Positions 1 to 11,464 of a stretch of DNA of 64,000 nucleotides are shown here, one piece after another (the first letter of the stretch is position 1; the number at the start of each line of letters is the position of its first letter). Origin of the DNA: Neodothiora populina. Its lineage: Eukaryota. The notes beneath the pieces were generated by a model. The model was not told the DNA's origin, ran no database searches, and was given only the letters and a program-made list of their open reading frames with translations. The DNA lies in the NCBI RefSeq assembly GCF_041146345.1, contig NW_027191405.1, positions 992,001 to 1,056,000 of the forward strand, given 5' to 3'. Both the position numbers and the translations under genes were made by a program.

Positions 1-964
1 ATTTTGCTAAAGTGCGAGTCTGGAGGGGGGATAATCCAGAGAGAGGCGCCTGGCATTTTCTTCTTTTCTTTCCTGGGTGTTCTGTGTGTTGAGCAAAAGT
101 AGTGTACGGTAATTATGTAGAAGTCTTGATAGTGGTGGTGCTGGAGCTGCATTTATGTAGGTAGTCTGGTAGTGTACAAGTACCTGCACTGTAGGTAAGC
201 ATGCGACGGGATTGGTAAGTTTCGCCGGCAAAGCTTCCTAGATAGATAGTTCTATGCACAATGCACTCTTCTGTACAACTGCTGTGCTAATGTAATGTCA
301 AGGAGATCTGGCTTGGCACATGGCGGGTTCTCGGATTCTTCACGCCGCGGGCTTCGACAATGATACTTGTAATTAGAGTAGATGTGAGGTACTTTACTCG
401 TACAGTAAGGTGATCAGAGCAAAGTGCAGTGCAGCGCAAGGGCACAGTAAAAGATACCTTAACGTGAAGTCTGGGTGGTCATTGTTGCACGTCGGAAACG
501 CTCCCTTGCTTCGAATCATCCAGCGGAACAATACACGGCATTCCACATCCATCAGATCAGTGCCTGCTTTGCACAAGATCATGGTCGCGCAGAGTGGGAT
601 GAACTTTGTACACCTTTTTTAACTCCTCATCATCATCGACAACCTCTCGGATCTTTCCATATCCCGAGTATTCTCTGTTGATTCGCGGTCCCTGAATCTG
701 ACCCTGACCTTCCAATAGCACTCACCCACGACGACCGACTGCGACGCGTGAGGACCCTGTTGACTTGCCTGCTCTCGCCTCTGCACCACCGTGCTTTCGT
801 GCTTGTCGCGTCTGGGGAAATTTCCTGTCCACAGTACAGTACACGCACAGCAAATCATTGGGCACAGTCGCAGCGCAGCGAGAGAGCCAGGGCCAGAGCA
901 GAGTGACAAGGCTCACCCAGTGAAGCTTCCGCGCAATTCGCGCCACGCCAGACAGACGCCGACC

Positions 965-3327
965 ATGTCCTCGTTCGCCATGTCGCGCACAAATGTGCCG
1001 CAGGCTTTCGTCTCCAGCTATGCTCCACGCATCCGCACCTATGCCAATTCATTACTCACTCCAGCCACCCAGCCGCCAAACGTCATCGCGCCATTGAGGA
1101 CTAAGCGCGGCACCACGGCCATCAACTACTCGGAAGACCTGGACACGGACAGCATCGACGACAGCGATGCCCCGCGCAGGCCGACTGGGCTGCGTAGTTT
1201 GCGCCAGAACGACTCGCAGGTCGGACAGGTGGTGCAGCACAAGGAGATCGGAAAGGAAGTGGACTCACCCGTCGACGTCCAAGGCATATGGAGGGAATGG
1301 ATGGGAAAGCCCAAAAAGGCGCTCACGGAGAAACAAGTCCACCTCCAGGCCACACTGCCTCTCAACCTCGTCCCCATCCGCATCGATCTGAACATCAGCA
1401 CCTTCCAGCCTGAGCCTCCGCTGCCGAAACCAAACAATGCGCGCGAGCTGGGAATCGACGAGGCCTCGCCCGCCTACAAAGCGCCCGAGCCGACGCCAGA
1501 GTACCGTCTCAAAGACTACTTTCTTTGGAATCTACACGAGGCGCTGATGACTCCTGATCAATTCGCAAAGGTCTTCGTCGACGAGCTTGACTTCCCCGTA
1601 GACCGACGACCCGCCCTGGTGATCCAGATCACACAGCAGATCCGGCAACAGCTCGAGGACCACGCCGCAGTCGCCCTCCATCCTCTCTTCAATCCATCGG
1701 CTGCGCCCACTGTTGCAGACACGAGAGCCCCGTCTCAGCGACCTGGTCTGTCACGCGATCAGTCAAACACCCCTATGCAGACTCCCTCGGTCAACCACAC
1801 TCTGACAGACGGCTTCAATACACCACGGAACCTTGCTACCCCGATACAACCACCGGCTCTATTGTCTGCTGTCACAGCTTCGGCGCAATCCGCCGTTCCC
1901 TTGCCGTACAACCCGGACGACGCTCAGAGGTGCATCGTCTCTCTGTCGGTGAATCTTCAGAACAGCTTGTACACAGACAAGTTCGAGTGGTCCCTCGCCC
2001 ATCCGCCTGGCTTTGCTGAGATGTTCGCGAAACAAACCTGTGCCGACATCGGCCTGTCCGGTGAATGGGTTCCTGCACTGGCGCACGCCATCTACGAAGC
2101 GGTGTTGAAGCTGAAGAAAGAGGTAATCGAAAACAACGGTTCGTTACTCGGCATAATCGGCAGTGGCATCAACGCATGGGGCGAGATCGACAACGAGGCC
2201 GCTGAAGTACACGGGGATGGCTCACTTGCACTTGGCGAAGGCGCCGGCTGGAGGTTCGACAACGAAGACTTGGGAGCTGAATGGCAACCGCGTGTCGAGA
2301 CGCTGAGCAAGGAAGAAATTGAGAAGCGCGAGGGCGATCGTGAACGCCAGATCAGAAGGTTACGGCGAGAGACGGCCGCGCGAGCCAACAACTCCTACCA
2401 AGCCACGCCGGGTGGCTTGGGAGATTACTTCGGCAATGGTCTAGGCACACATGGAGGCGAAGAGGAGAGAATGGGACGAGGAGAGCGGAGCAAGAAAAAG
2501 CGACGGTTCAGGTCCCTCAGTCCCGTCACTCGTGAAAGTCCAGATCTCAATGCTGCCTTCGGTGGCGAACAGGGCAAGCTCAGCGAACAGGAACGACAAA
2601 TATGGCACTGTAGCCATTGTCGAGTCTGGGGTACTGCTGTGTGGGCAGTCAGAGACGGGCCCTATGGAGCCAGGGTGAGTTTGACCCAATCCTTCCAATT
2701 TACCCGATCCCAGCAGAATGCGAAAAGACTAACATGCTATTTCCCAGACGTTATGCAACAATTGCGGACTCCTCTATGAGCGCGACAAGCGACTCCCACC
2801 CTGGTCGAAAGATCTCTACGCCAACGAACGCCCAGCAGGCACCGCACGGTGAGTACTTCTCGAAGCCAGCAAAGCACATGTCCTCCCAGACAAAGCGATA
2901 CCCGCTGATACTGACAGAGTACAGCCCTGAGCCGCCTCCACAACAACAACAGCAGCAGCAACAACAACAGATACAACACCGAACCTCCGTGCCACCACCG
3001 CAGCAAACTCCTCACACGCCCTCAGGATTCGTCCCGAACCCAGCGCGGGCCCTCTCCCAACAACGCTCTTTCCAAGACCTCTCAAATCTACCGGACGTCT
3101 ACGCGGCTACTTTACGCGGGGGCGGACCAGCCATGTTCGAGGAATATGCCATTGAAGGCGAGGACTTGGACTGGACCAAAGTCACAGACCCACGCGAGCG
3201 CAAACGTCTACAAAATATCATTAATGGGCGCAAGTACCGCGAGCGTAGATTGGCCGCCGAAGCCGCTGCCGTCGGTCAGACTGGTGCTCAGGTCGGAGTA
3301 GTGGGCAGTCCTGTTCCCGGGTTTTAG
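965..3327 (+). CDS. SFH1: RSC chromatin-remodelling complex subunit Sfh1 (SNF5 domain) with C-terminal GATA-type zinc finger; the short isoform ends at 2852
   Basis: The N-terminus reads PQAFVSSYAPRIRTYANSLL, and two SNF5 repeats are present (LVPIRIDL...KDYFLWNLHEALMTPDQFA; LYTDKFEWSL...ADIGLSGEWVPALAHAIYE). Removing intron 2675-2747 (GTGAGT..ACTAAC..CAG) joins CSHC-x20-CNNC. A second putative intron at 2849-2924 leads to an exon ending at 3327. Confidence 0.92.
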
Positions 3328-3849
3328 CACAAGAGACTTGGCTTGTGCAGATGCATACCTCACACTGCTGCTAGATTACTTCTTCTGCCTTTTCAAGTGG
3401 AGAAGTGGGGAGGGAGAGGGACGGGCGTGTAGTCACATAACGTACGATGCAAAGCGCAACATGACGAAGGCGAAGAAGAAAAGACACGAATGTCAAAGGG
3501 GTGACAGATGCGATAAAACGAGACAAGACGACACTCGATTTCGTTTCGCCTTACAAAAGGATCCTCGACATTGAATTCGACATCGGTATCGGCATTGATA
3601 CTCCATGGTAGATGATGGAGAGCATAGAAAGTATCATTATCTCCGTGTGACTGATGACATTACATCTTCCTTCGAAAAACCCCAGCTACTTTAATTCAGA
3701 TGAAGAACAGCGAGTCCCTCGAGAAGCATTCTATTTTCTGCTTCGTTGTCCTTTGCAAGATTGACTAGCAGACCAAAGAGAGATTCGACCCTCCCAAGCA
3801 TTCATTTTCCAGTCATTCACTTCAAATCCACTCAATTCGCCAAAGCCCC

Positions 3850-4575
3850 TCACTCCGCATCCTCGATCCTCCTCGCAGTCGCAGTTGGACCCTCGGAATG
3901 CTGTGCAGTCAAGTTAGTATGCCTGCTTCTCGTTCAGAAACCCATCGACTGGCAACGACGTACCTCTTCGGCCTTTCTCTTGACTCCGGCCCCAATTGCA
4001 GGCGAAGGCAGAGGCCTTCCTGCTACACCCTGGGGTCTGAACCCGACGACATTCTTATCCCCCACAACGCTAATGCCGCAATTGATGACAAGATTGACGT
4101 TCAATACGGGTCTGAACCCCTTGACGTTCGTCTCGGCCTTTCCAGCGGTGACACCATCTCCAGCAGCACTGCTGTCAGCACTGTCGTTCTGGGTGGCATT
4201 GATAAGCATCTGCCTCTCGGCTTCAGCTTTGGCGTTGAGACTCTGAATCGCGGCAAGGAGTAGTGCAGAGAAGCGCGTGGCGTCTGCCAGAGCGGGACTG
4301 GCAATCAGGTTTCCCTGTCCCTGGACGTTGGTCTCGGCGTTGAGTGTCAAGGTGATAGGGGAGGGATCCTTTATGATTGACGCCTCATCATCATCATCAT
4401 CTTCTTCATCTTCATCGTCAACATCAATCTCGTCTTCGCTGTCGCGCATCTCGTCGACTTCGGAGTATGCTGGTGGCGCCACTTCTGGTATGTCGGACTC
4501 TGCTTGTGTCTGGGATTGTAGATTGCGTGCGCGCTCGATCATGATCTTGCGGGTCGCGTGGAGGAGGGAGTCCAT
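3850..4575 (-). CDS. Hypothetical acidic fungal protein
   Basis: ORF of more than 200 codons with a PPAY motif, an acidic tract and TLNAETNVQGQGN / NLVINCGISVVGDKNVVG segments. Intron 3963-3901 (GTACGT..CTAAC..CAG) gives a last exon HSEGPTATARRIEDAE*. Confidence 0.75.
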
Positions 4576-6301
4576 GGTTTTGGCCCTTGTGTTCTACACT
4601 GGACTCAAAGAAGGTGTCTGTGTTTGTGGCTGACTTGTGCAAAGAGCAAAGATGGAGGTATCTTCGGATATGCTTTTTGTTCTCAGGAGGACTGGCAGAG
4701 GGGCATACAGAGAGTGGATCGAAGGTGTTTTGTGCCTTCCTGAAGCTTTCAGAAGTAAGACAGGCAATCAAGAAAAGTAGGAAAGAACGTCAGAAGACAG
4801 TATAGGCAGGTAGCCTTTCTGATTCACACAAGCGAATGGGCAGTGGTTGAATGCGAATAAGTAGATGGTTCGAACACTAAGACAATAGAACAGGCTATGC
4901 TTTCACTTATTTGACTTGTAGTATGGTCTCGAATGCGACATCAATGGATCCTTTATATGCCATTTCCTATGCTATGCAAAGCGACGAGTACACAGTGACA
5001 CCAACCTGTTTTGATACATCAATAAGAAAGAAGAACCAAGGTCAACGGAAGAATAGAGTATGCAGCAAATAGTTACGTGTCAAGCCAAGGGGGGTTTGTA
5101 TTGTTGGTTGGCTGGTATCCTATTGTCAAACTGCGGTATCGTGCATTGCTATTGTCGTCGGGCTTTGGCATAGCCTATTGTCGGATCAGACGCACAAGCA
5201 ACCCAACCACCCGACAAGTGGCTCATGGCCTTCCGACCTGCTTCCTATTGTCGGCGGCGTGTACAGTAAATACAGTACAGTAGTTCTCCCTGACAACTAC
5301 AGCACAAGAACAATAATATTACTCTGGACAAGTACATATGCCCGCCTGACACACCTTGAATCAATTACTCATTTCGGGCCGATCACTCACGCGCTCACGC
5401 GTACAGTACAGACCTGCAGACGGCTTAACAGAGCCGCCATTGATGCGGTCGGACGGGCTACCCCTGCCGTGCAGCGGGCGGTAAAGCTGGTGCAGGAAGC
5501 GGTTACTACCTCCAGATAGCGAGATGCTTTCGTTGCTAGGTCCTCATGCAGTCCCTTTTTCTCCAATGTCCTGAGTAAAAAACAAAGATCCACCCGCTCC
5601 CCGGCCCATGCGCTTCACGGTGTCTCTGTCGTTACATTACACTTTGAGTTGATTCCGTCCACTGGAAAGGAGCCGGAAGGATATTAGCTCTTTTATTTGT
5701 GCGATCCGGCGTGTCTTCTGACTTACTGTCCACCGACAGCAGAAAGATAGAGAAAGACTAAATGACTCGGGATACCTGTTATCTCAACCTGGTCTCAACC
5801 GCCAATAATGCTGTTGCTCGCATGGTCAGCTGCCACACAAGCACGCGGGATCAAGGATCAGTCAGTCACACTGGACTACTTGTATCTGTCGACACACCAT
5901 CAACAAACCCTCCTCCCACGGACAAGGCGATAGCTTCACAGCTCCCTTTGCCTTGTATCAAATCGGCCTGACTTGCCGAAATCTGGGGAGAGGGAGAGAT
6001 GGAATGGTAGACCTTGCGCCGGCTCGCTTGGCAGGATAACTTCAGCTCGTGCCGTCATCGCCGTTGTCATCGTGGTTTCTCATTGTTTCCTTGCACCTTT
6101 CTCAAACAAGTGTAGAGTGTGTGTCTGTCCACCGCTTCTCATGCAACTCGTCCGCACTTAGTACATTACTAAGGCTGCAAAGGAGATCATTGATCCGCTA
6201 AAGGAGTGTCTTGTCCTGCTCCGTACTGACTTTCATTTCTTCTTTTCTTTATTGTTGTGTATTACCGGGCTGGCTTCCTGAGCTCTTCCGAATCTTCGAC
6301 C

Positions 6302-7265
6302 ATGGCGTCCTCATCGTCTTCCAGTCGATCTAGTCGTCACCACCAGAAATCGTCCTCTCTGAATCGTGCCTCGATTGCTGCTCAGAAAACTGAAATCATC
6401 ATTCATGTCTATGACCTCCTTCCGGTATGTCAAATATATACATAGGACATCGGGCATCTCGAAGATAGATGGAGACTGATTCTGAACACAGCCTGGACGC
6501 CTTTCCTCACTTCTCTGGACCTTTGGAGGGTCACTTCTTCACTCCGGCGTTGTCATCAAAGGCAAGGAGTATGCATACGGTGGTCACGACCGGAAAGGAG
6601 TAAGCGGAGTATATTGGACTCGACCAAAGCTCGAACCTCCAGGTGGTACCTTTAAATGCGAGATCTTGCACGGTTTCACATTTCAGACGGAACAAGAAAT
6701 CAATCAGATTATATGTGAGGTACGACATACTGCCAGTAGTCTCAGCAAGCGATTGTGACGAAAGGTGAGCAGACTTCAGAATGCTAACGTGAAACATCGA
6801 CGACAGACCTCTAGCAAGTTCCAGGGCACCTCGTACAACCTTCTCTCGAACAATTGTAATCACTTCACGTCTTATCTGGTCGAGCAACTCACCTCGAAAC
6901 CCGCTCCCACCTGGATCAACCGGGCCGCGAGCATTGGTCTCGCCATGCCATGCGTCGTGCCAAAGGAATGGGTGTCACCACCTGACCACGAGACCGCAGA
7001 CGGCGAATTGCTGGAGGAAGATGAAGAAGATGACGACGAACATGATGAGGACGATGAGAACGCCGCCATGTTGGCTAGCGATCGCAGACGACGTCGCAGG
7101 GAGCAAAAATCACGTTCACGCTCTTCGTCTGGCGCCACCACTCCTCGGCATAATAGGCTCATGAGTAGAGATCAGACGCCTCCGCCCCGAGTTGTCAGTG
7201 TGAAGGACACCAGTGGCCGACAGATGCCTGCCAGTGAGCGGGCACCCTTACCGAATAAGAAATGA
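6302..7265 (+). CDS. PPPDE/DeSI-family (DUF862) desumoylating/deubiquitinating isopeptidase
   Basis: Exons 6302-6424, 6492-6719 and 6807-7265. Motifs HVYDL, LLHSGVVIKGKEYAYGGH (catalytic His) and YNLLSNNCNHF (catalytic Cys), plus PTWINRAASIG. Confidence 0.92.
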
Positions 7266-8117
7266 CTCCCGGCCGCGAAGCGCAAGGAACGAAGCCGAAA
7301 CGCCAGAGTGTTCTCTGCTTGCAACAAGGACCAAGACACCAGTCAGCGCAACTGTGTTGTCATGCCTCGCATGATTGGATGCGATGCCTTCCAGGACACT
7401 CAAGGTGACAGTCAACGTCACTGCGTCTCTTCTGCTCCTCCTGTTGTCGCACCTCGCATGATTGGTTGCGACGCCTACGAGCCTTGATGCTTCGCCATTA
7501 TCCGGATGATCAAATTATCGACTCCTCCGCCCGCATAGCAGGGCTTTGGAGAAAATGCAGTGCTCATTGACATTATGAGCACGCTCACTGCGAACAGTGT
7601 ATACAGCGACGTTTGTTGTTCATGTCTACTGGTTACCACATAGCCGAACAGCGGAGCCACGCGATGACAGCCCCGTTCCGGACCACAACAGCCTTCACTA
7701 TAAACGCTGCTAGAAGTGTAATACGCCGGCCAGCAGCATCCCGCTGCCGTCGTCCGAACGCGCCGTCATCGGGGCTGGATCATAACGCCACTAAAAACAC
7801 CACAACCTTCTCCGTGAGAGCTGGATGCCCTAGCATGTTCACAAAGAACCATAATCAATCGTACATCCTCGACACCCTCTCCGCAATGGCATTCGATTGC
7901 GCGAGATGCAGCAAGACCACAACCCACTGCACCCACAGATGAAGCTCGGCAGCAATGAGCGGGGACAAGAGCGAGATGCCAAAGTTTCGAACCTCTTGAG
8001 ATGACCCTGACTTCGAGTCCAATGAGAAGCCCCATTAAGAAGCAGGGAAATCAAACATGATGTGCTCTTCCTCATATACACAGGTGTGTACTCAGAAAGT
8101 ATGATATCAAGGGTTCA

Positions 8118-8453
8118 TTGAAAACCAAGGACGAATACCAGAGTCCGGGGGGTGTGGATGTGCTCGAAGAGGACGTCATTATATATGCAAGAATGAAAAC
8201 TGAGAAAGTCAGAGAGGGAGGACTCGAAGCCCAGAATAAAGGGCTCGAATTCTGCAGAGCTATATACAGCTTTGTCGGGAGGAGAGCAAGGATAGAGAAG
8301 GGGAAAAGAAATGCATAGGCTGAGGTCTGCAGTAGACAAGCTGTACTCCAGTAGTAAGAACGAGACATAATTTCCCATCTCAAAGCATACATGAAAGAAT
8401 AACTACAAAGATCGAATTGTGAGATAATCATGGAGAAGGCGGAGGGGAACTAG
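8118..8453 (+). pseudogene. Possible decayed coiled-coil coding remnant
   Basis: One frame reads protein-like (ARIEKGKRNA*AEVCSRQAVLQ**ERDIISHLKAYMKE*LQRS). All internal stops are TAG/TAA, compatible with CAG/CAA-to-stop transitions. Confidence 0.25.
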
Positions 8454-8589
8454 TTACTATACACACACCACTTTACTTCTCTACTTCGATAGTAATAGTA
8501 ATAGCCACTAGCAAAATTAACAATTAACTTTCTAGACTTATCGGATTTTGTCAATTATAGAAAGCTAAGGTATGTGATGTGTTATCAAT

Positions 8590-9426
8590 CTATATACATG
8601 AACGATGTACATTTAGAGCAATAGGCGACGCCGAGATCCTTTTCGTCGCTTTTACTGTTCTGTACTGTACATGCATGACTTTCTCGCTTCCCTGCCTTTC
8701 TGTAGAATACGCCGAAAGTATGTTTGCCCCATCTATCTGTGTGGTATACTGTACATCCCGCCCAGGTCTAGCTTTCGCTCTTTTGACGTTTCGATACTAG
8801 CTAAGCTGACTATGGGGATGGCGGTCATACATGAATGGCTGGACGAGCACCAGCGACCGAGTGACCAAAGTAATCCGATGAACGGACGGACATGCCTGTT
8901 CGCCATACACACAAAAAGGCAAGACTTCATTAGGTCCTTTTCTCTTGGTTGGCCCCATTTCATCTTTCGAGACACTACTCGATCGAGGGTATCTGCTCTC
9001 TCTAAGTCTTGCTGTTCGGTTGCTTGATGACGAAGTCTCTCTGTTTCTTCAAATGTCTACAGACTCATCGGAATCAGATTTAGTGGAGGGCTGTCCCGCC
9101 GTAGGAGCTATATGACCGTGGAATTTCCGTGAGGAGGGACGGGGGAAATAAAAGACGGCGTGACTGTTCTGTTTCATCACTCCGGCGCTGGACCATGGTC
9201 CTTCATCATGTTCTGGACTAGGCGACAGCCGTTTGTCACGACCGACTGGAACATGTCGGCGTGGGCAACATCGGTTGGTAATGATATGCTCGAACGTCTC
9301 ATGCCCTTGAAGCAGCTCTGCTTTCTCGGGCTCCATCGCTAGCGAGTGGATGGCTATGTTACTTCCTCTGTATCTAGTGTCGTGGTATTCCGTGACGCTG
9401 TGCGAGAGATGGAGGAAAGCGTCCAT
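8590..9426 (-). pseudogene. Possible pseudogene or orphan gene
   Basis: A single 279-codon frame from ATG 9426 to TAG 8590 with only two internal stops (TGA 9051-9049, TAG 8799-8797). No recognisable domain. Confidence 0.3.
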
Positions 9427-9646
9427 GCTACGTGCATGGCGAGGCCAGAGAACCGTGCTTTAATTTGTGATTGTTTTCTCGAAAGAGGCCAGCGTTTAGA
9501 GGTCATCAGATATGACTTCGTGTCGAGTTTGACTCATCACAGATGACATCTGCTTTTGACGCCGTCGGCCATTCGAGGCATCGATTTGTATGCCTGGAAT
9601 CGAGGCGTGAAGAGTTTGGATCTGCTCTCGGAACGTTTCACGAGAA

Positions 9647-11464
9647 TCACGGACCGGTGAGTATCACATGTCCTCCTCCATTTCTCGCATCTTTCGGCGG
9701 ATGAGCGAACAGAGGTGCATTAGAGTGTACATGACCCACGTTTGCACCTTGCATGAAGTTGTTGTCTGGCTTGAAGTTCCATTGTGAGTGTCGTATCATG
9801 ACTCCTGCTGGCGTTGTCATTGGTTCCTGTGAAGTTGGAGCTGATGTAGCCGTAACATTGCTGTTGGGGTCGTTGCTGGGGTTACTCGTCGTGGTGCTCA
9901 TGTGAGTGTCGTCATCCTCTTCGTCATTCTGGAAAAAGAAGTACTGATTGCCGCAGGCCGGAGCATCGTCGACACGCGGTGGGATTGAATTGTAAGTTGG
10001 TATGTCTCCGACGAACTCGGGGTATTCGTTGAGGAAAGCCACATCGATTGACCAGAATCTGATGTTGTATAGACGCCGCACTAGCTCGGGCGAGAATTGC
10101 AAAAGTCGAGTGCGCTTGTCTTCGATGAAGGTATCGGCAATGTCAAAAGGCCAGATGAAGCACGCGCTCGAGCTGAAAAGCTTCAAGAAGGACTCGGAGG
10201 AGTAGTAACGATCTTGGTCGAAGACAATTCGCTCACGGACACCAGGCCTATGTGGTGTCAGACAGGACTCAGTAGATCATAGCTTGACAGCATGAAGGGG
10301 TAGATCTCTACTTACCAGACAAAGTAATCGATATCTGCACGATGTGGTATATGCATTTGCGACGGTCGAGGCCTCATGAACTTTGGCTCCATCGTTGCCG
10401 ATGCTTCCGTACCTTGGGATTGTGCCTGTGGCCACACAGAGACATAATTGTTAGCCACATCTCCCTGCCGTATCGAACCAAAACACAAAGGGAATCAAAT
10501 CCGAGCTCACCTTCATCGTCATCCACATCGACCAAAGAGAAGAAAGTCTTGCAGTTGGGTTCCACGCTGTGAGGACAACTTCGTCAACCTGCCTCAGACA
10601 CGCCCAAAGCGCGTGATTCGCATCGATAAAAGCGATAGCATGATCCCAGCCATAGAAGAAGACGGTCATCAAGATGTGCTGGTCCACTGATTCTGGAGAT
10701 GCCACAGTCATACTGTGAAGCTGCTGCACTCTTTTACAAGCATCTGCGACCATATTGCCAGCAGCAATCCACGGAGCAGTCGAGCGTCCATCAGACTTGG
10801 CAGGCTGAGCTGTTGCTGCAGGGCCTGTATGAGAATACCCCAGCAAAGGATCTGGTAGCGCAGACGGTCCAAGTATGCTCGCATTGCTATAATCCTTGAA
10901 TGTAGGGAGGACATTGTAAGCAGACGCAGACGTGGACATCATGTCCAATAATGAGACTGAATGCCCGGCTGTTGACGTATTGCCGTCGGCGCCAGGCATG
11001 ACATAGGAGTGAGAGATGCTTTGGGTACGAACAGATCCATGTTCGTTTTGCTCATCCGATTCAGGAGACTGGAATTTGATCTCATTACGCTCGCGTGTGG
11101 TGGTTGTCGAGGCATCCTTGGCATCCTTGTCAAGATCAGCTAGACCTGCTTGAAGGAGTGACTGCAACTGCCGCATGCGCTCGACCTGACGGTCGATTTT
11201 GGCCTGGTCCTGTTCGTGCCGTAAGATCAAGTCCAAGACTGTCTTGGTTTCGTCGGCCTTCTGGAGACCATTGAGTCGGGCTTCAAGCCGGCGTAGGTTC
11301 TCGCGGTCCTTCTCACGCTTGCGTCTTTGGCATAGTCGGTCTTGTTCGCGCTTTCTGGCTCGCCTTTCTTCGACTGTGCTGTTTTTCTCATCCTTTACGT
11401 TGGCTGGATCCGGCAAGGTCGTCTCACTCCTTTGGACCCCCGTGTTACTCGAGATACCAGACAT
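9647..11464 (-). CDS. bZIP-like transcription factor with DUF3425 domain
   Basis: The basic region RRARKREQDRLCQRRKREK is followed by heptad leucines. After two introns (donors GTGAGC at 10510 and GTAAGT at ~10314) it reads RPRPSQMHIPH..IDYFVWPGVRERIV...FIWPF...FWSID, typical of DUF3425. Confidence 0.85.

Noticed and set aside
7234..7306. GTGAGC donor that might splice out the PPPDE stop codon
   Set aside because: The nearby AG acceptors I tested (7306, 7328, 7342) do not restore the frame of the repeat extension, and there is no good CTRAC branch site.
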